Shown: positions 1-13,259 of the stretch, one piece after another
Layout: every line of letters begins with the position of its first letter
How positions within the stretch are numbered: position 1 is the first letter of the stretch
Assembly: GCF_009914755.1 (NCBI RefSeq)
Contig: NC_060930.1
Direction: 5' to 3' (one strand)
Length of the DNA: 64,000 nucleotides
Source of the DNA: the human T2T-CHM13v2.0 reference genome, Homo sapiens
The notes under the pieces: generated by a model
Seen by the model: the letters and a program-made list of their open reading frames with translations, nothing else
Told to the model about the DNA's origin: nothing
Database searches by the model: none
Translations under genes and position numbers: made by a program

Positions 1-1094
1 CAACTGAGATTTCTTGATCCTATGTTAAGTTTTCCAAAGAATCACAGAAGAATTAAAACCTGTCTAGAAACAGTACTGTTGCTTTGTTTATCTGACTGGA
101 TTCTGACCTGGGGCTCAGCCAGCACTGGGTGAGGGGGACTTTAAAGAGGCCCTCTTGCAGGGCCCATCTGTGCCATCTTAGAAAGCAGGTGGCTCTGAGA
201 CAAGGTCCAGGTTGTCCTCTAACCCCACCTAAAGCTAACCTGGCCCAGGTATTATTACCTGGAGGGAAGAAGGACTCTGCTGCAGGGAGACCTCGAGCCA
301 CCCGTTGGCAGGCATAGTCTCATTGAAATGTGTTTTCATAGGACACTGAGTTTATCCCTCATTTCTCAGCCTGGAACTCACCATTGCAGGTACAACTTCA
401 GTGGAGACCAGCATGACTGAGCTTCCAACAGGCAGCAATGACTCCAGGGCTCTTCTACTACCTGCCCTTTCTGAGTGTTGAATTAGAAGGGAGGTGAGAG
501 ATTAGCTCGGCTTCCCTCTACCAGCAGGCCAATAACCAGAGGGTAAAGGTCTCCAACTTTGAACATGTGCCATGCACATGCAGAAGGTAAGTGATTGCAG
601 GAGATTGTCCATGTGGTGGTAAGGTCCCCCAAGCTTCAACAGAGCCTGAAATGTCCTTTCTAGACATGAAGCATTTTGAGTTTTTTTATTCTGCCAGTCT
701 ATAAAAAATCCAGGTCTTTTTGAAAGAAATAGCACAAGTATTTTTTAAGCACGAATTTTTCAACCTGAGTAGCTGAGAATAGAGCTCCTCACTGGGCACT
801 CGGACAAGGAAGCAAGACGGAGTCCACATGGGAATGGGGCATGAGAGGTGGGAAGGTTATTGGGGTCTGGCCCTGGCTTGGGCCAGATGGGACCAGATTC
901 TAAATGGATTCACTCTTGTTTACTTGTTAGGATTCTTAGCAGAGTCTTTGCTGCAGCAGCAGTGCTTAATGGGGGAGGTGGGGGAGAGGCAGGCATGAGA
1001 CTCCCTCCCACAATCTCCATAAATACAGGGAAAGCCATGGTGAATCTTGATTATACACTGTCTATTGAAAGCTCCCCAAGGAGAGGGGCTATGC

Positions 1095-2450
1095 TTTATA
1101 CTTTTTTGAAGTATAATTTACAATAAACTACAAATTTTTAATGTGTACAATTTAAAAAGTTTTGACATGTATATCTACCCTTGAAACCATCACCACAATC
1201 AAGCTAATGAACATATCCATCACCCCAAAAGGGTTCCTTGTGGCCTTTTATAATTTCTCCCTCCTGGTCCTCCTTGATTCCTCCTTCATCCCTAAACAAT
1301 CACTGATCTGCTTTCTGTCACTATAGATTAGTTTGCCTTTTCTAGGATTTTATATAACTGGAATCACAGAATAAGTATTATTTTTTGGTCTGGCTTCTTT
1401 CACTCAGTGTAATTATTCAGAGATTCAACTATGTTGTTACATCTATATAGTTCATTCCTCTTTACTGCTGAGTATTATTCCACTGGACAGGTATTTGACA
1501 CCTGTTTATTCATTCACCCATTGACAAACACTTTGGTCGTTTTCAGTTTTGGGCTATTACAAACGAAGCTGCAATCAGCATTCATGTACAAGTCTTTCTG
1601 TGGACATACACTTGCATCTTTCTTAGGTAAATACCTACAAGTGGAATGAATTATGTGGTAGTTGTGTATTTTTTTGTATTTAACTTTTTAAGAAAGTGTC
1701 AAACTACTTTTCAAAGTGGTTGTACTATTGTACCTTCCCACCCAGCATTGTATGAGAGCTTCAGTTCCTCCATATCCTTGTCAACACTTGTTATGGTCAG
1801 TCTTTTTAATTTTAGACATGCTAATAAGTATCTAATAGTTAGTGGTATCTGATTATGATTTTAAGTTGCATTGTGTCCTTAATGTACATTTTCCTAATAA
1901 GGACTGGCACCTTTTCATCTGTGTATCTTCTTTGGTGAGGTGTCTTTTAAAATCATTTGCCCAATTTCATATTGGGTTGTTTGCTTTGTTATCATTTAGT
2001 TCTGAGAGTTCTTTGTATATTCTAGACACAGGTCTTTTTTTCAAATCAGCTATGTGACTTACAGATATTTCCTTCTAGTCTGTGGCTTGTTTTATCCATT
2101 TTGTAATGGTATCTTTTGAAGAGCAAAATTTCTTAATTTTGATAAAGTCCAATTTATAATTTTTCTTCTTGTATGGATGTGCTTTTGGTATCATATCTAA
2201 GAAATCTTTGCCTAACCACAAAATCACAAGTATTTTTCCCATTTTTTTCTTCAAAAGTTTTAAAGTTTTAGGTCTATAAGCCATTTTGAGTTAATTTTAG
2301 TATATGGTTTGAAGAATGGATGGAATTCCATTTTTTGGCATGTGAGTATCTAATTGTTCCAGCAACATTTATGGGGAAGAATTTCCTTTCTCCTCTAAAA
2401 AGCTTTTGCACCTATTTCAGAAATCAATTGGCCATGTATTTGTGGGGCTA
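1095..2450 (-). mobile_element. Old LINE-1 3' fragment (L1M, probably L1MB/MC/MD class)
   Basis: Reverse-oriented L1M 3' UTR motifs. ORF 2075-2284(-) reads 'LGKDFLDMIPKA...KLDFIKIKKFCSSKDTI', a degenerate L1 ORF2 C-terminus. Confidence 0.85.
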
Positions 2451-2879
2451 TTTCTTTTGTAAGCTTGAACCCTACTCTGTCATAGCCCCAGCTCAGGGCC
2501 AGCACATGGCACGTGTTTAATAACAGCTCGGGGATATAACTTGACTCCAGCTGTTTTCAGGAGTTTCTCATTAGATGCAGTTTAGTGCTGCTGGTTTTAG
2601 GGACAGTAATGCAGTGAGGAAGTCAGATGGCGTGAACGAGCAGCAGTGTTCTGTTAGTGCTGCGCCAGCACATGCTGGTTCTTGTTCACAGTGCACCCAA
2701 TCGTCAGCACTAAATAAATCAGGGTCAGCCTGAGTTCCTGAAAGACTCTATGGGAATAAACCTTCCCACCAAGCCAGCAAGTTTCAGAAACCACGCCTCC
2801 AGCTTGAGAAACGTGGGATTAAATCATCAAAAATGCCGTCTCTAGCAAAAGTCCCTTGATCTCTGTTAACTCTCCATAG

Positions 2880-3503
<624 letters not shown>

Positions 3504-3698
3504 ACTTTTAATCACGCATCACATTTCTTGCTTTAACACTTCCCCTTTCTTAAAATCTTTATTGAATGGGAAAGTCCTTCCCTCTGGACATCAGCTTCTC
3601 TTCTCCACCATAACCTCTCCTGTTGCAGAAAGCCAAAATCAGAGGAGGGGGAGGAGACGCAAAACATCTTGAAGATGGAAAAGATTAAAACAAAATCT

Positions 3699-3840
3699 GC
3701 TGGGCATGGTGGCTCAGGCCTGTAATCCCAGCTCTTAGGGAGGCAGAGGATAGCTTGAGCCCAGGAGTTCGAGACCTGCCTGGGCAATATAGTGAGACTC
3801 GGTTCTCTACAAAAAGGAAAACAAAAACATAAAAACAAAA
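3699..3840 (+). mobile_element. FLAM (free left Alu monomer)
   Basis: Single Alu arm 'gctgggcatggtggctcaggcctgtaatcccagc...gagcccaggagttcgagacc' followed by an A-rich tail. Confidence 0.85.
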
Positions 3841-3919
3841 CCTAAGTTCAGGTAAAACAAAAGCTCATGAGTCAGGTTGTATTTACACAGCAAGATGAGT
3901 AAGAGGTGATGAGGAGGGC

Positions 3920-4321
3920 TCAGTGGTGCAATGGAGTTGGCTGATGCTGGCTCCACAAAAGCTTAAACTTTTCAGGAATTTTGCAAGCCAGTTGTTAAAT
4001 ACAGACATTAATAAGAATTAAGTTATACAAACTTTCCACTGAACAAATTATATTGAAAACATACAAAATATTCAAAACTCACCATATCCAAATTCTGTTA
4101 CTGCATTTCACTATTATCTATGCTTTTGAGGTTATTGATGGCTATTCCATCTGAATGGTGGAAATACTATATGATTTCATACTCTTGAGCATCTCTTCCC
4201 GACTTGGTGTCATAGCTTGAAATTGGTAGGGGTATTTACACCACAGGAAATGGTAAATGCTAAAAGCCAGGGCTTTCATCCAAGATTTGCCAGATGCTAA
4301 CCCTTCACCAGCACACCCCTA
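3920..4321. mobile_element. MER63-like hAT-Blackjack DNA transposon fragment
   Basis: Termini 'cagtggtgcaatgg...' and '...ccagcacacccct'. Internal 'ttttcaggaattttgcaagccagttgttaaa' matches my recollection of MER63. Confidence 0.7.
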
Positions 4322-4607
4322 GGAAAGCTCCAGGAGGTGTGAACTCATTGAGATGAGGGATGCCTGACACATTATAAATGTTGAATAAATGGTTGTTATG
4401 ATTACAGTGATTGAAAGTCTGAATAAATCCTATCCCTGTCCCTTTTCCCTGTCCCCACTCACAAGAGGATGCTTTTGTGTAAAACAGCCTGCATTGTTCC
4501 TGTAGTTTTTTTTTCCATTCACCTCTACTCTGGACTATTCCACATTCAGAGTTCAAGAGTGAAGTCAAGAGCTAGCAGGTACAGCCGACTCTCAGTGTGG
4601 TCTAGGT

Positions 4608-4896
4608 CATGAATCCCTAAGCCCTGGGCCACGGACCAGTATTGGTCATGGCCTGTTAGGAACCAGGCTGCACAGCAGGAGGTGAGTGAGCATCCCTGCC
4701 TGAGCTCCACCTCCTGTTGGATTACTGTCAGCATTAGATTCTCATAGGATCCCGAACCCTATTGTGAACTGCCCATGTGAGGGATGTAGGTTGTGCGCTC
4801 TTTATGAGAATCTCATGCTCCCCACTCAGCTCTGTCTGTGGAAAAATTGTTGTCCATGAAACTGGTCCCTGGTGCCAAAAAGGTTGGGGACCACTG
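4608..4896. mobile_element. MER1B hAT-Charlie MITE with perfect 8-bp TSD
   Basis: 'ggccacggaccagtattggtc...aaaaaggttggggaccactg'. Identical GTCTAGGT at 4600-4607 and 4897-4904. Confidence 0.9.
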
Positions 4897-7800
4897 GTCT
4901 AGGTTATACAGTTATTCTCTAACTACCCTCTTTCCCATTGTTCTAGAGGATAGGAGGAGAAAGAAGGCTTGAAAACTTACATGTTAGATATTCATAGAAT
5001 TCTCTCTAGAAGGTGAGGGTTTTCTTTTGCTTACCTGCATTTTCTAATTTTTCTACAATGACACTCCCTGTTTTAAAAAAGTTAAAATTTAAAACAACAT
5101 ATAAGAATTTTCAAATGTCTTCAAGGGCACATTTAGACATAACTGGCTAGTGCTAAAAGTAGGAAGAGAGGTATTAAGAATGAAAGAGTTTTGGTTGGAA
5201 TGGATGAGTCTTCCAGTGTTTGGGGATGAATCAATTAAAAGGAGGTGAAACAGGAAGGCAAAAGGCAGATCTCTGTAAACCCTGGAGTGTTTCTCTTGAG
5301 CTACTCTTCCTCCTACACAAGAGCTCCCATCCATCCTCATAGTTGACATTTGGGATGTCTATAATGAATATGGATTTGATGTGATTTCGTCTCTCTGCCA
5401 AACTAACTCACAGAACTAATTCCACTTTTGACTATGTTAAATGAGGTTTTAAAAAGTGTATTAAGAGGATAACTTTTGAAGTCTCTAAGCTAGATCAAGA
5501 GGTGCATTTGGGAGAAAACTTTGGGGACCCTTCTTACCCCTTGCTCACAGTTGGAGTCATATTTTGATGTCTTTGATTTATAAGGGTGAGAGACTGTGGG
5601 GATCTGTCTTGAGAGGGCTTTGACTTTTAAGGGATTCAACTAGTTGAAACCTTATGTGCATTTGGAAATAAAGCTCTTTTATATCACAGGGTCTAAAAAC
5701 TTGAAGGTGGAATGGGACCTCAGAGGTCAATACTCTAACCTAATTTGGATGCCCATGTCCCCTCCTTTTTGTCTCTGCCCAAGTGTTCAGCTCTGCCTGA
5801 TACCTGCCGTGGCAGCCCAATTCCTTTCAGGTGTAGTCCATGGAAGGTCCTGCTCACGTTGACCCTAAACCCCACTTCCTGTAATGTACAGCCATTATTC
5901 CAAGATCTGGGAGATGGGGGCAAGCACAAACATGGATATAAGCTAGTGAGATCTGTGTAAGGAATAGAGACCATTTTTGTTGAAACATAATTCAACATGA
6001 CTAGCATCTCCTGAGCCATTCTTTCTATGCAAGGCACAGATCTAGGTGCTGTGGGAGACATAAATAAAATAGAGTCCCCACCCTCAAGGAATTCACAAGA
6101 TATCATTTAATGTGTGTAAACAACAAACTCCAATACAAAGGCAGAAGATGATCTGATGAGGGAAATGGAACCAATATTTGTCAAGTTCCTTTGATGTGCC
6201 AGGCCCTGCTTTCATTGACATAGGTCTCAAGTAATCCTTGTGGCACTGTGCATTAAACTCCCTGAACCTCCCTTCCTTCTTTGTAAAATTTAATGTTGGA
6301 CTAGATACCTTCTGAAGTCCCTTCCAGCCCTCATATCCCATGATTCATCCCTCTTTCTCCAGTCAGTGGCCCTAGGCTTCCCTCTCCTGGATTGGGCTGG
6401 CTAGGGAAACGGAAGGGCAACAGACTTTTTTGTTATTATTCGCTTTCTCCCCTCCCTGTGAGATGTATTGTTGACTTAAAACCAGTTTGAACAAAGCACT
6501 CAGGAATAAACCACAGAGAACCATCTAGAATTGGCAGAGGATAACCCTATGACCCCAGAAGCCTTTTCCAGCTCTAATTTTTATGATTCACTAATTTGCC
6601 ACACCACATTCAACTCTGTCCGGGAACTCAGAGTTCAAAAAAGATGCAATGTAAATTGCTGGAGGTAATGAGAAGGCTGAAGGCATGGTAGGGCCAGAAG
6701 CTTGGTTTTCTGTGAAATTAAATACAGGAAGATATTTAAAGAAGCCAGAAAGCTTCCCCCTCCCCTTTTTCTTTTCCCTGAGAGATTCCCATTTTAAGAC
6801 TGGTAGGGCAAATTTCAGGTTTCCTCTTTTCAGTGGTATGACTAGGTTTTTGCTATGTTATGACTCCAAAAGAGCTGCCTGTTTGTTTTATAACCTCCCA
6901 AAAAGCTGTTGGATGTGGATGTGGCTGTTTAGCAATAAGTTCTGCCGCAATTTTAAAAATCACTTTTGAAGTGGTGGGAGAACACTGTAGGAAGACCACT
7001 GTTCTCTAAATATGCAGGTCATTTTTTTTTTTTTTGAGGAAATTGCTGAGGGCCAGAAAGTTATTGAGATAACTTGGTATTTGATGGATCTCATGAATTT
7101 TTAGTGCTTTCTACATTTCCCAAACTTTTGGGGATCATTAGGCCCCTTGGTGGCACCTTTGCAACTTGCATTAAATTTATGGACTGAAGATAAGATACAA
7201 GCAGGATAATTGTTCCAGAGCTCCATGGCTGCTGAAAGACCAGTAGGCCAGTAGCCTTTGGTGCTTGTGGGAGCTTGGTAAGAGTTAGCTCAGTGTGGGA
7301 ATGAGGGGTTTGGGTAAGCTCAGGGCATACCTGTGCAGAAGGATAATGACCAGGCACTACAGTGGAGCCGCATTGTGCCTGGGTCCACCTTCTGCAGTCA
7401 GCTATGCAGTGCACACCACGCATGCTAAAATTATTGGCAAAAATACCATAGAAGGCACCATGTAAAGTATCAGATGAAAAAGTTGTCTTGTGTTTAGAAA
7501 CCATGCTATATGAGAAATATATCTTTGAATGTTGGACTTGCACTCAGCAGAAGCACCTGAGGCCTGAAGTCACAGATGAAACAGTAGATTATATTATTCA
7601 TCTTATATGTCCTCTGGGGTAAATGCCTATAGAGACAAACACTGGGCTTAATTACCAGCACTGCTTATTTATTTTGCTAATTCTATTTTTCTCTAATTTT
7701 CTCTCCAATGCCCCCAACAAATATGGAAAGTTCAATTTGCAAGGTAAATGAGTACATGATATAAACCGACTGTATCAAGATTTACATGGTTTATCTCCTT

Positions 7801-8189
7801 TGCTTTTCACAAAAACCCTAAAAAGTAGGTGGCATTGTCCCCACTTGCAGACGGGAAAACTGAGAGAGGTCACAGGACTAGCCTAAGTTTTCTCAGTGAA
7901 TAGGCAGTAGTGGAATTTGAAGTGAGGCTCCAAAGCTGGTGCTCCTTTTTCTATGCCTTACATACTAGATTTTTTTTTAAAGGGGGATGAGAAAATAGAA
8001 GGCATATGAAGGAGGACAGAGATGAAGAAAGGCATGCAGGGAAGAAACAAACATTTCTTCATCTCAGATGCCCTCTGGGGTAAATGCCTACAGAGAAGAA
8101 CATTGGGCTTGATTACCAGCGCTGTTTGTTTATTTGTATCTGCTAATACCATTATTGTGCTTGGCATTTTCACATCTCTATGTTCCAGA

Positions 8190-8683
8190 CTGTATTAGTT
8201 TCCTATGGCTGCCATAACGAATTACACAAACAGTGGCTTGAACAGTAGAAATGTATTCCTCATAGTTTTGGAGGCCAGAAGTCTGACATCAGCATCCCTC
8301 TGCTGAAATCCAGGTGTCAGCATAACCACACGCTCTCCGGAGGCTCCCGGGGAGAATCTGTTCCTTGTCTCTTCCAGCTCCGGGTGGCTGCTGTCATTCT
8401 TTGGCTTTGACCACATCATTCCCGTCTCTGCCTCTGCGATCACATCGCCTTCTTCTCTTCTGTGTGTGTCAAATCTCTTCTGCCTCTGTCTTACAGGACA
8501 TGTGTGATTATACTTAGGGACGTGTGATTACACGCAGGGCCCACCCAGGTAATGCAGGATAATCTCCCCATCTCAAGAATCCTTAAGATTTGCAGTTATT
8601 TTTTGCCATTTAAGGTAACATCCACAGGTTCTTGGAAGTAGGGCATGGATATCTTTCCGGGGACCACAAATCGACCTACCATA
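8190..8683 (-). mobile_element. MLT1 (ERVL-MaLR) solo LTR
   Basis: Starts 'tgtattagtttcctatggctgccataac' and contains 'ggaggccagaagtc'. 5-bp TSD-like cagac/aagac. Confidence 0.85.
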
Positions 8684-9882
8684 AAGACTAATCATAAATG
8701 TTACAGAGCAGCCTAGGTTGACAGCTCAGCCATTTACATATTTTGTTCTTGTTGTTTATTTTTCTGACTCCAGAACCCACAGCTTAAGTCTCTTCACACC
8801 AGTGTCGGTGTAATAATGTGTAATGTGTTTTTGCCATGTTGTTAACTCCTCACTGACATGTAAGCCTTAATGTTCACTGTTCTCATAAGATTAACTTTCA
8901 GTTCAGATGGTTAGCCTGTGGTTGCCCTTGGTCAGCGCTTACTCAGAAGGCCACAGCCCATCTGGTGCCCACAACTTCTGAAAGCACTGGGGCTCACATT
9001 GTCATGAGAGAAATTTAGATGAGCTATGTAGAAGATCTGATTATAAAGGCAAGTGATGGGTTCACTGCATTCTTTTCAACCTGGCAAGGGACAGGGTTGG
9101 AGGAGATTTGAGAGGCCTTCAGAGACTGCAGCTGCAAAACAGGAAATGACTTTTTAGCATGTTCTTTGACCTCTGAGTGGAAGACTACAATTTGGAGGAG
9201 GCAAGAAGGTGTGCAAACAGGGAAGGGCTGATGGCCTTCACAAACCAAATGTGTTACTAGGATGTTGGCGCCATGCTGAGGTGGGCGCTGCCGTTCACAA
9301 GCACTTGCAGCCACTCTGGGGTGTAGAAAGTGCTCCTTTACACAAGTGTTGGTTCTGATCCCAAGATACACAAACCCAGAGGGGTTTTGGGTCTTCTGAA
9401 ATGCCAGTGATGTCTACCAAGGGCTTGAGGTTCTCTTTTGACTTGAAAATTAGATAGTTGGGTGTCAATCCATCATTTTAAATTCAGGTTTTTCCCATTC
9501 CCCTGCTCAAACCAACTCACTCTGCTGATGTGCCCACTTTGGACATTTGTACAGGGATTCTTTCAGTTACTCAGCACTGAAGCCTTGATGTCAATATTGA
9601 CCTTTTCTTTCCTTGGCTTCCCACCTTCTTCAATTCTTTCAGAGGTGAAGCAGATAGTCTAGTGATAGGACTGTAGGATCTGGAGTAGAGAGAGAAACAA
9701 AAAATAAAAGTTGGGTTGGAACCAGGCTCTGCTACTTATTTGCTGTGTGACCTTGGACCTGTTTTAACCCTCTTAAAAACTAGGGTAAGAGACAACTTAC
9801 CACATAGACTTATTATGATGATTATATAATAATAATAATATGAGCTAATAATAATAGTTATTATTGTTCTTCTTTCTTTCAT

Positions 9883-10725
9883 TGTGATATTGTGAAATAT
9901 ATATTTAGTCTTCTACCGTTTCCTGGCATAAAACTCCTAAAATCCTTAGCATCTCTAAAGCGATAAATCTTTGTATGCTAATGATTGACCAATAGCTGGC
10001 AACCCCTAGTTAGCTTGAGGATGGGGGCTGGTCACCAGAAAGACAAAGGCATGATTAGAGGGTTGGGACCCTTGGTCTTTCTGGTGACCAGCCCAACCCC
10101 CACACCTCCGGGGAGAGGGGTTGAAGGTGAAGTTGATCACCAGTGGCCAATGGTTTGATCAATCATGCCTGTACAATGAAGCCTTTATAAAAACCCAAAA
10201 GGACAAGGTTTGGGGAGCTTCTGGGATATTGGAACATGTGGAAGTCCCTGAATGGTGGCATGCTCAGGGAGGGCATGGAAGCTCCATGTCCCTCATACCT
10301 TGCAGTACACATTTCTTCATCTGTATCCTTTGTAATATCCTTTATAATAAACCAGTAAATGTAAGTGTTTCACTGAGTTCTGTGAGCCACTCTAGCAAAC
10401 TAATCAAGCCAAAACTGGGAGTCACGGGAACTCCAACTTGAAGTCAGTCGATCAGAAGTTCCAGAGGCCTGAATTTGCAACAGGCATCTGAAAGGTGGAC
10501 AGTCTTATGGGACTGAGTCCTCAACGTATGGGATCTGATGCTATCTCCAGATAGATAGTGTCAGAACTGAATTAAATTAGAGGACACCCAGCCACTGTCC
10601 ACTGCAAAATTGATGGCTTGCTTGGTATGTGAAGAAAAATCCTCATGCATTTGGTCACAGAAGTCTTCTGTGTTGATCATTGTGGAGTGAGAGCAGTGGA
10701 AAAATGGTGTGAGTATTTTCTCATA
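9883..10725 (+). mobile_element. MER21-family solo LTR
   Basis: 'tgtgatattgtgaaatatatattt...gggctggtcaccagaaagac...gttgatcaccagtggccaatg...aataaaccagtaaatgtaagtg'. Confidence 0.85.
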
Positions 10726-10859
10726 CTTCCAATCTAGTTCAGGCTTTGGTGACCAAAATTAACACTGTAATAATAGATTCTTTTGAAGTAGTAGTTTTCA
10801 AACCTTTTAACCATGATCCACAGTGACAAATTTACTTCATTACTAAATTATGACATTAG

Positions 10860-11243
<384 letters not shown>

Positions 11244-11439
11244 AAAAATAATTGGTTTTAAATCAAATTGATTTTATGACCCACTAAGAGGTAAAGTCCC
11301 ACAGTTTCAAAAAATAATGCTCTAGAGATAGTCCTGACTGCAGTCTCTACTTCCTTCTAATTCATCAAGTATCTACTTTTCAAAAGGAGAACACTTTCCA
11401 TATTTTGTGAGAAAGCATTACCGTCTACCATCCACATTT

Positions 11440-11650
11440 ACATCATATTTTACAATTCCAAGTGCCTTTGTATATAGCATGTCATTTAATTCTCAACAGC
11501 CTTTGAGAAAGAAGTTATTTTAGCTTCATTTTACCAATGAGGAAATTCAGATTCAGGCCAGTCACATGTCTCATCCAAGATCATGTACCTGGAAATGACT
11601 GAATCAGGATTGAATCCAGCTCTTCTCAAATGGATCCAGGGCTCTTCTAC
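11440..11650 (-). mobile_element. MIR
   Basis: 'catttaattctcaacagcctttgag...cattttaccaatgaggaaattcagattcag' MIR core. Confidence 0.75.
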
Positions 11651-11856
11651 ACAAAGCAATGAATTGAAAGGGGGATTTATGTTTTTAGAACCAAATAGGA
11701 ATACAAAATGGATTAAAGTCATGGGCAAATCTTCTATTTTATACTTTCTTTCATAAAACAAAACATGTAGGATTACTACCACACAGCTTTCTCTAAGAGA
11801 GTCACATTCTGGAGCCAACATTAGCTTAATGGTTGTGCCACTTAACTGCATCCCCA

Positions 11857-12480
11857 CTCATTCATTCATCCATCCACTCAACAATGTCATTCATTCATTA
11901 ATTCAAGAAATAGTTTTTGGGTCTCTACCATGTACCAGGCACTTAGTATATGGATACTAAGATGAACATAAGAAAATTTAAAATGTCCCCAATCAGCACA
12001 TGGTACTAAATGCTATGTGGTACTAGATGTGTCAACACATATAAGGTGGTACTAACTGCTATTATTAGCATGTAAGGTGGTACTAAGTGCTATGTGGTAC
12101 TAAGTGCATCAGGATGTAAGGTGGTACCAAAGTGCCATTATTAGTATGCAAGTGCTATTATTAGAGTTTCAGATGGTACTATGTGCTATGAAGAAAATAA
12201 AACACGGTAAAAGGAAAAGATTGTTAGGGTTTTCTTGTGAATAGTATGGTTAAGAAGGGTTCTCAGATGAGGTGACATTTGGACAGAGACCTAAATGAAG
12301 TGAAAGGGCAAGCCATGTGGATATCTGGGGAGAATTTTCTGGAAACAGGATAAGGCAAGTTAAAGAGAGTGTGAGCTTGGCAGTGATTGAGGAGGAGCAG
12401 GGGAAGAGTGTCAGGAGATGAGGTCACAGAAGGGGTTAGATCATATAGAACATTTAAGCCATTGTAAGGACTTCGGATTT
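11857..12480 (-). mobile_element. L2 3' fragment with internal tandem expansion
   Basis: (TCAT)n tail, 'ctaccatgtaccaggcac', 'gaggtgacatttggacagagacctaaatgaag', 'agccattgtaaggacttcggattt'. Confidence 0.8.
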
Positions 12481-12709
12481 TTTAAAATTAATTCTTCAGA
12501 AAAGAACTCTATGGAATAATTCAAAAAACATGTTTTGTTAGATCATTTTTCTTTCACACAAACTTCTTTAAGCCCTAGTAGTTTAGTAAGTTGCCCTAGC
12601 TGAGAGCCCCCATCATTATCATTGTGATAAGAATCTCAAGTTATGGCTTAAGAAGAAAACCCACCCACTCAACCCATCCTCCATCCTCACTCATTCCCTC
12701 TGAGCATAG

Positions 12710-13090
<381 letters not shown>

Positions 13091-13179
13091 TAACAAAAAA
13101 TTACCATTGGTGATGAACCATCAAATTTTAAAATGCATCATAGGGAACATATCACACATGTAGGTTCAGTCCCATGCTA

Positions 13180-13259
13180 TTAGGATGGTGCAAAAGTAAT
13201 TGTGGTTTTCGACATTACTTTTAATGGCAAAAACCGCAATTACTTTTGCACCAACCAAC
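13180..13259. mobile_element. MADE1 (Hsmar1-derived Tc1/mariner MITE)
   Basis: 80-bp near-palindrome 'ttaggatggtgcaaaagtaattgtggtttt...aaaaaccgcaattacttttgcaccaacc', with TA on the left flank. Confidence 0.95.

Noticed and set aside
12000-12191. Repeat-spacer look (CRISPR-like)
   Set aside because: Eukaryotic DNA, degenerate repeats, repeated spacers and no cas genes. The array lies within an L2.
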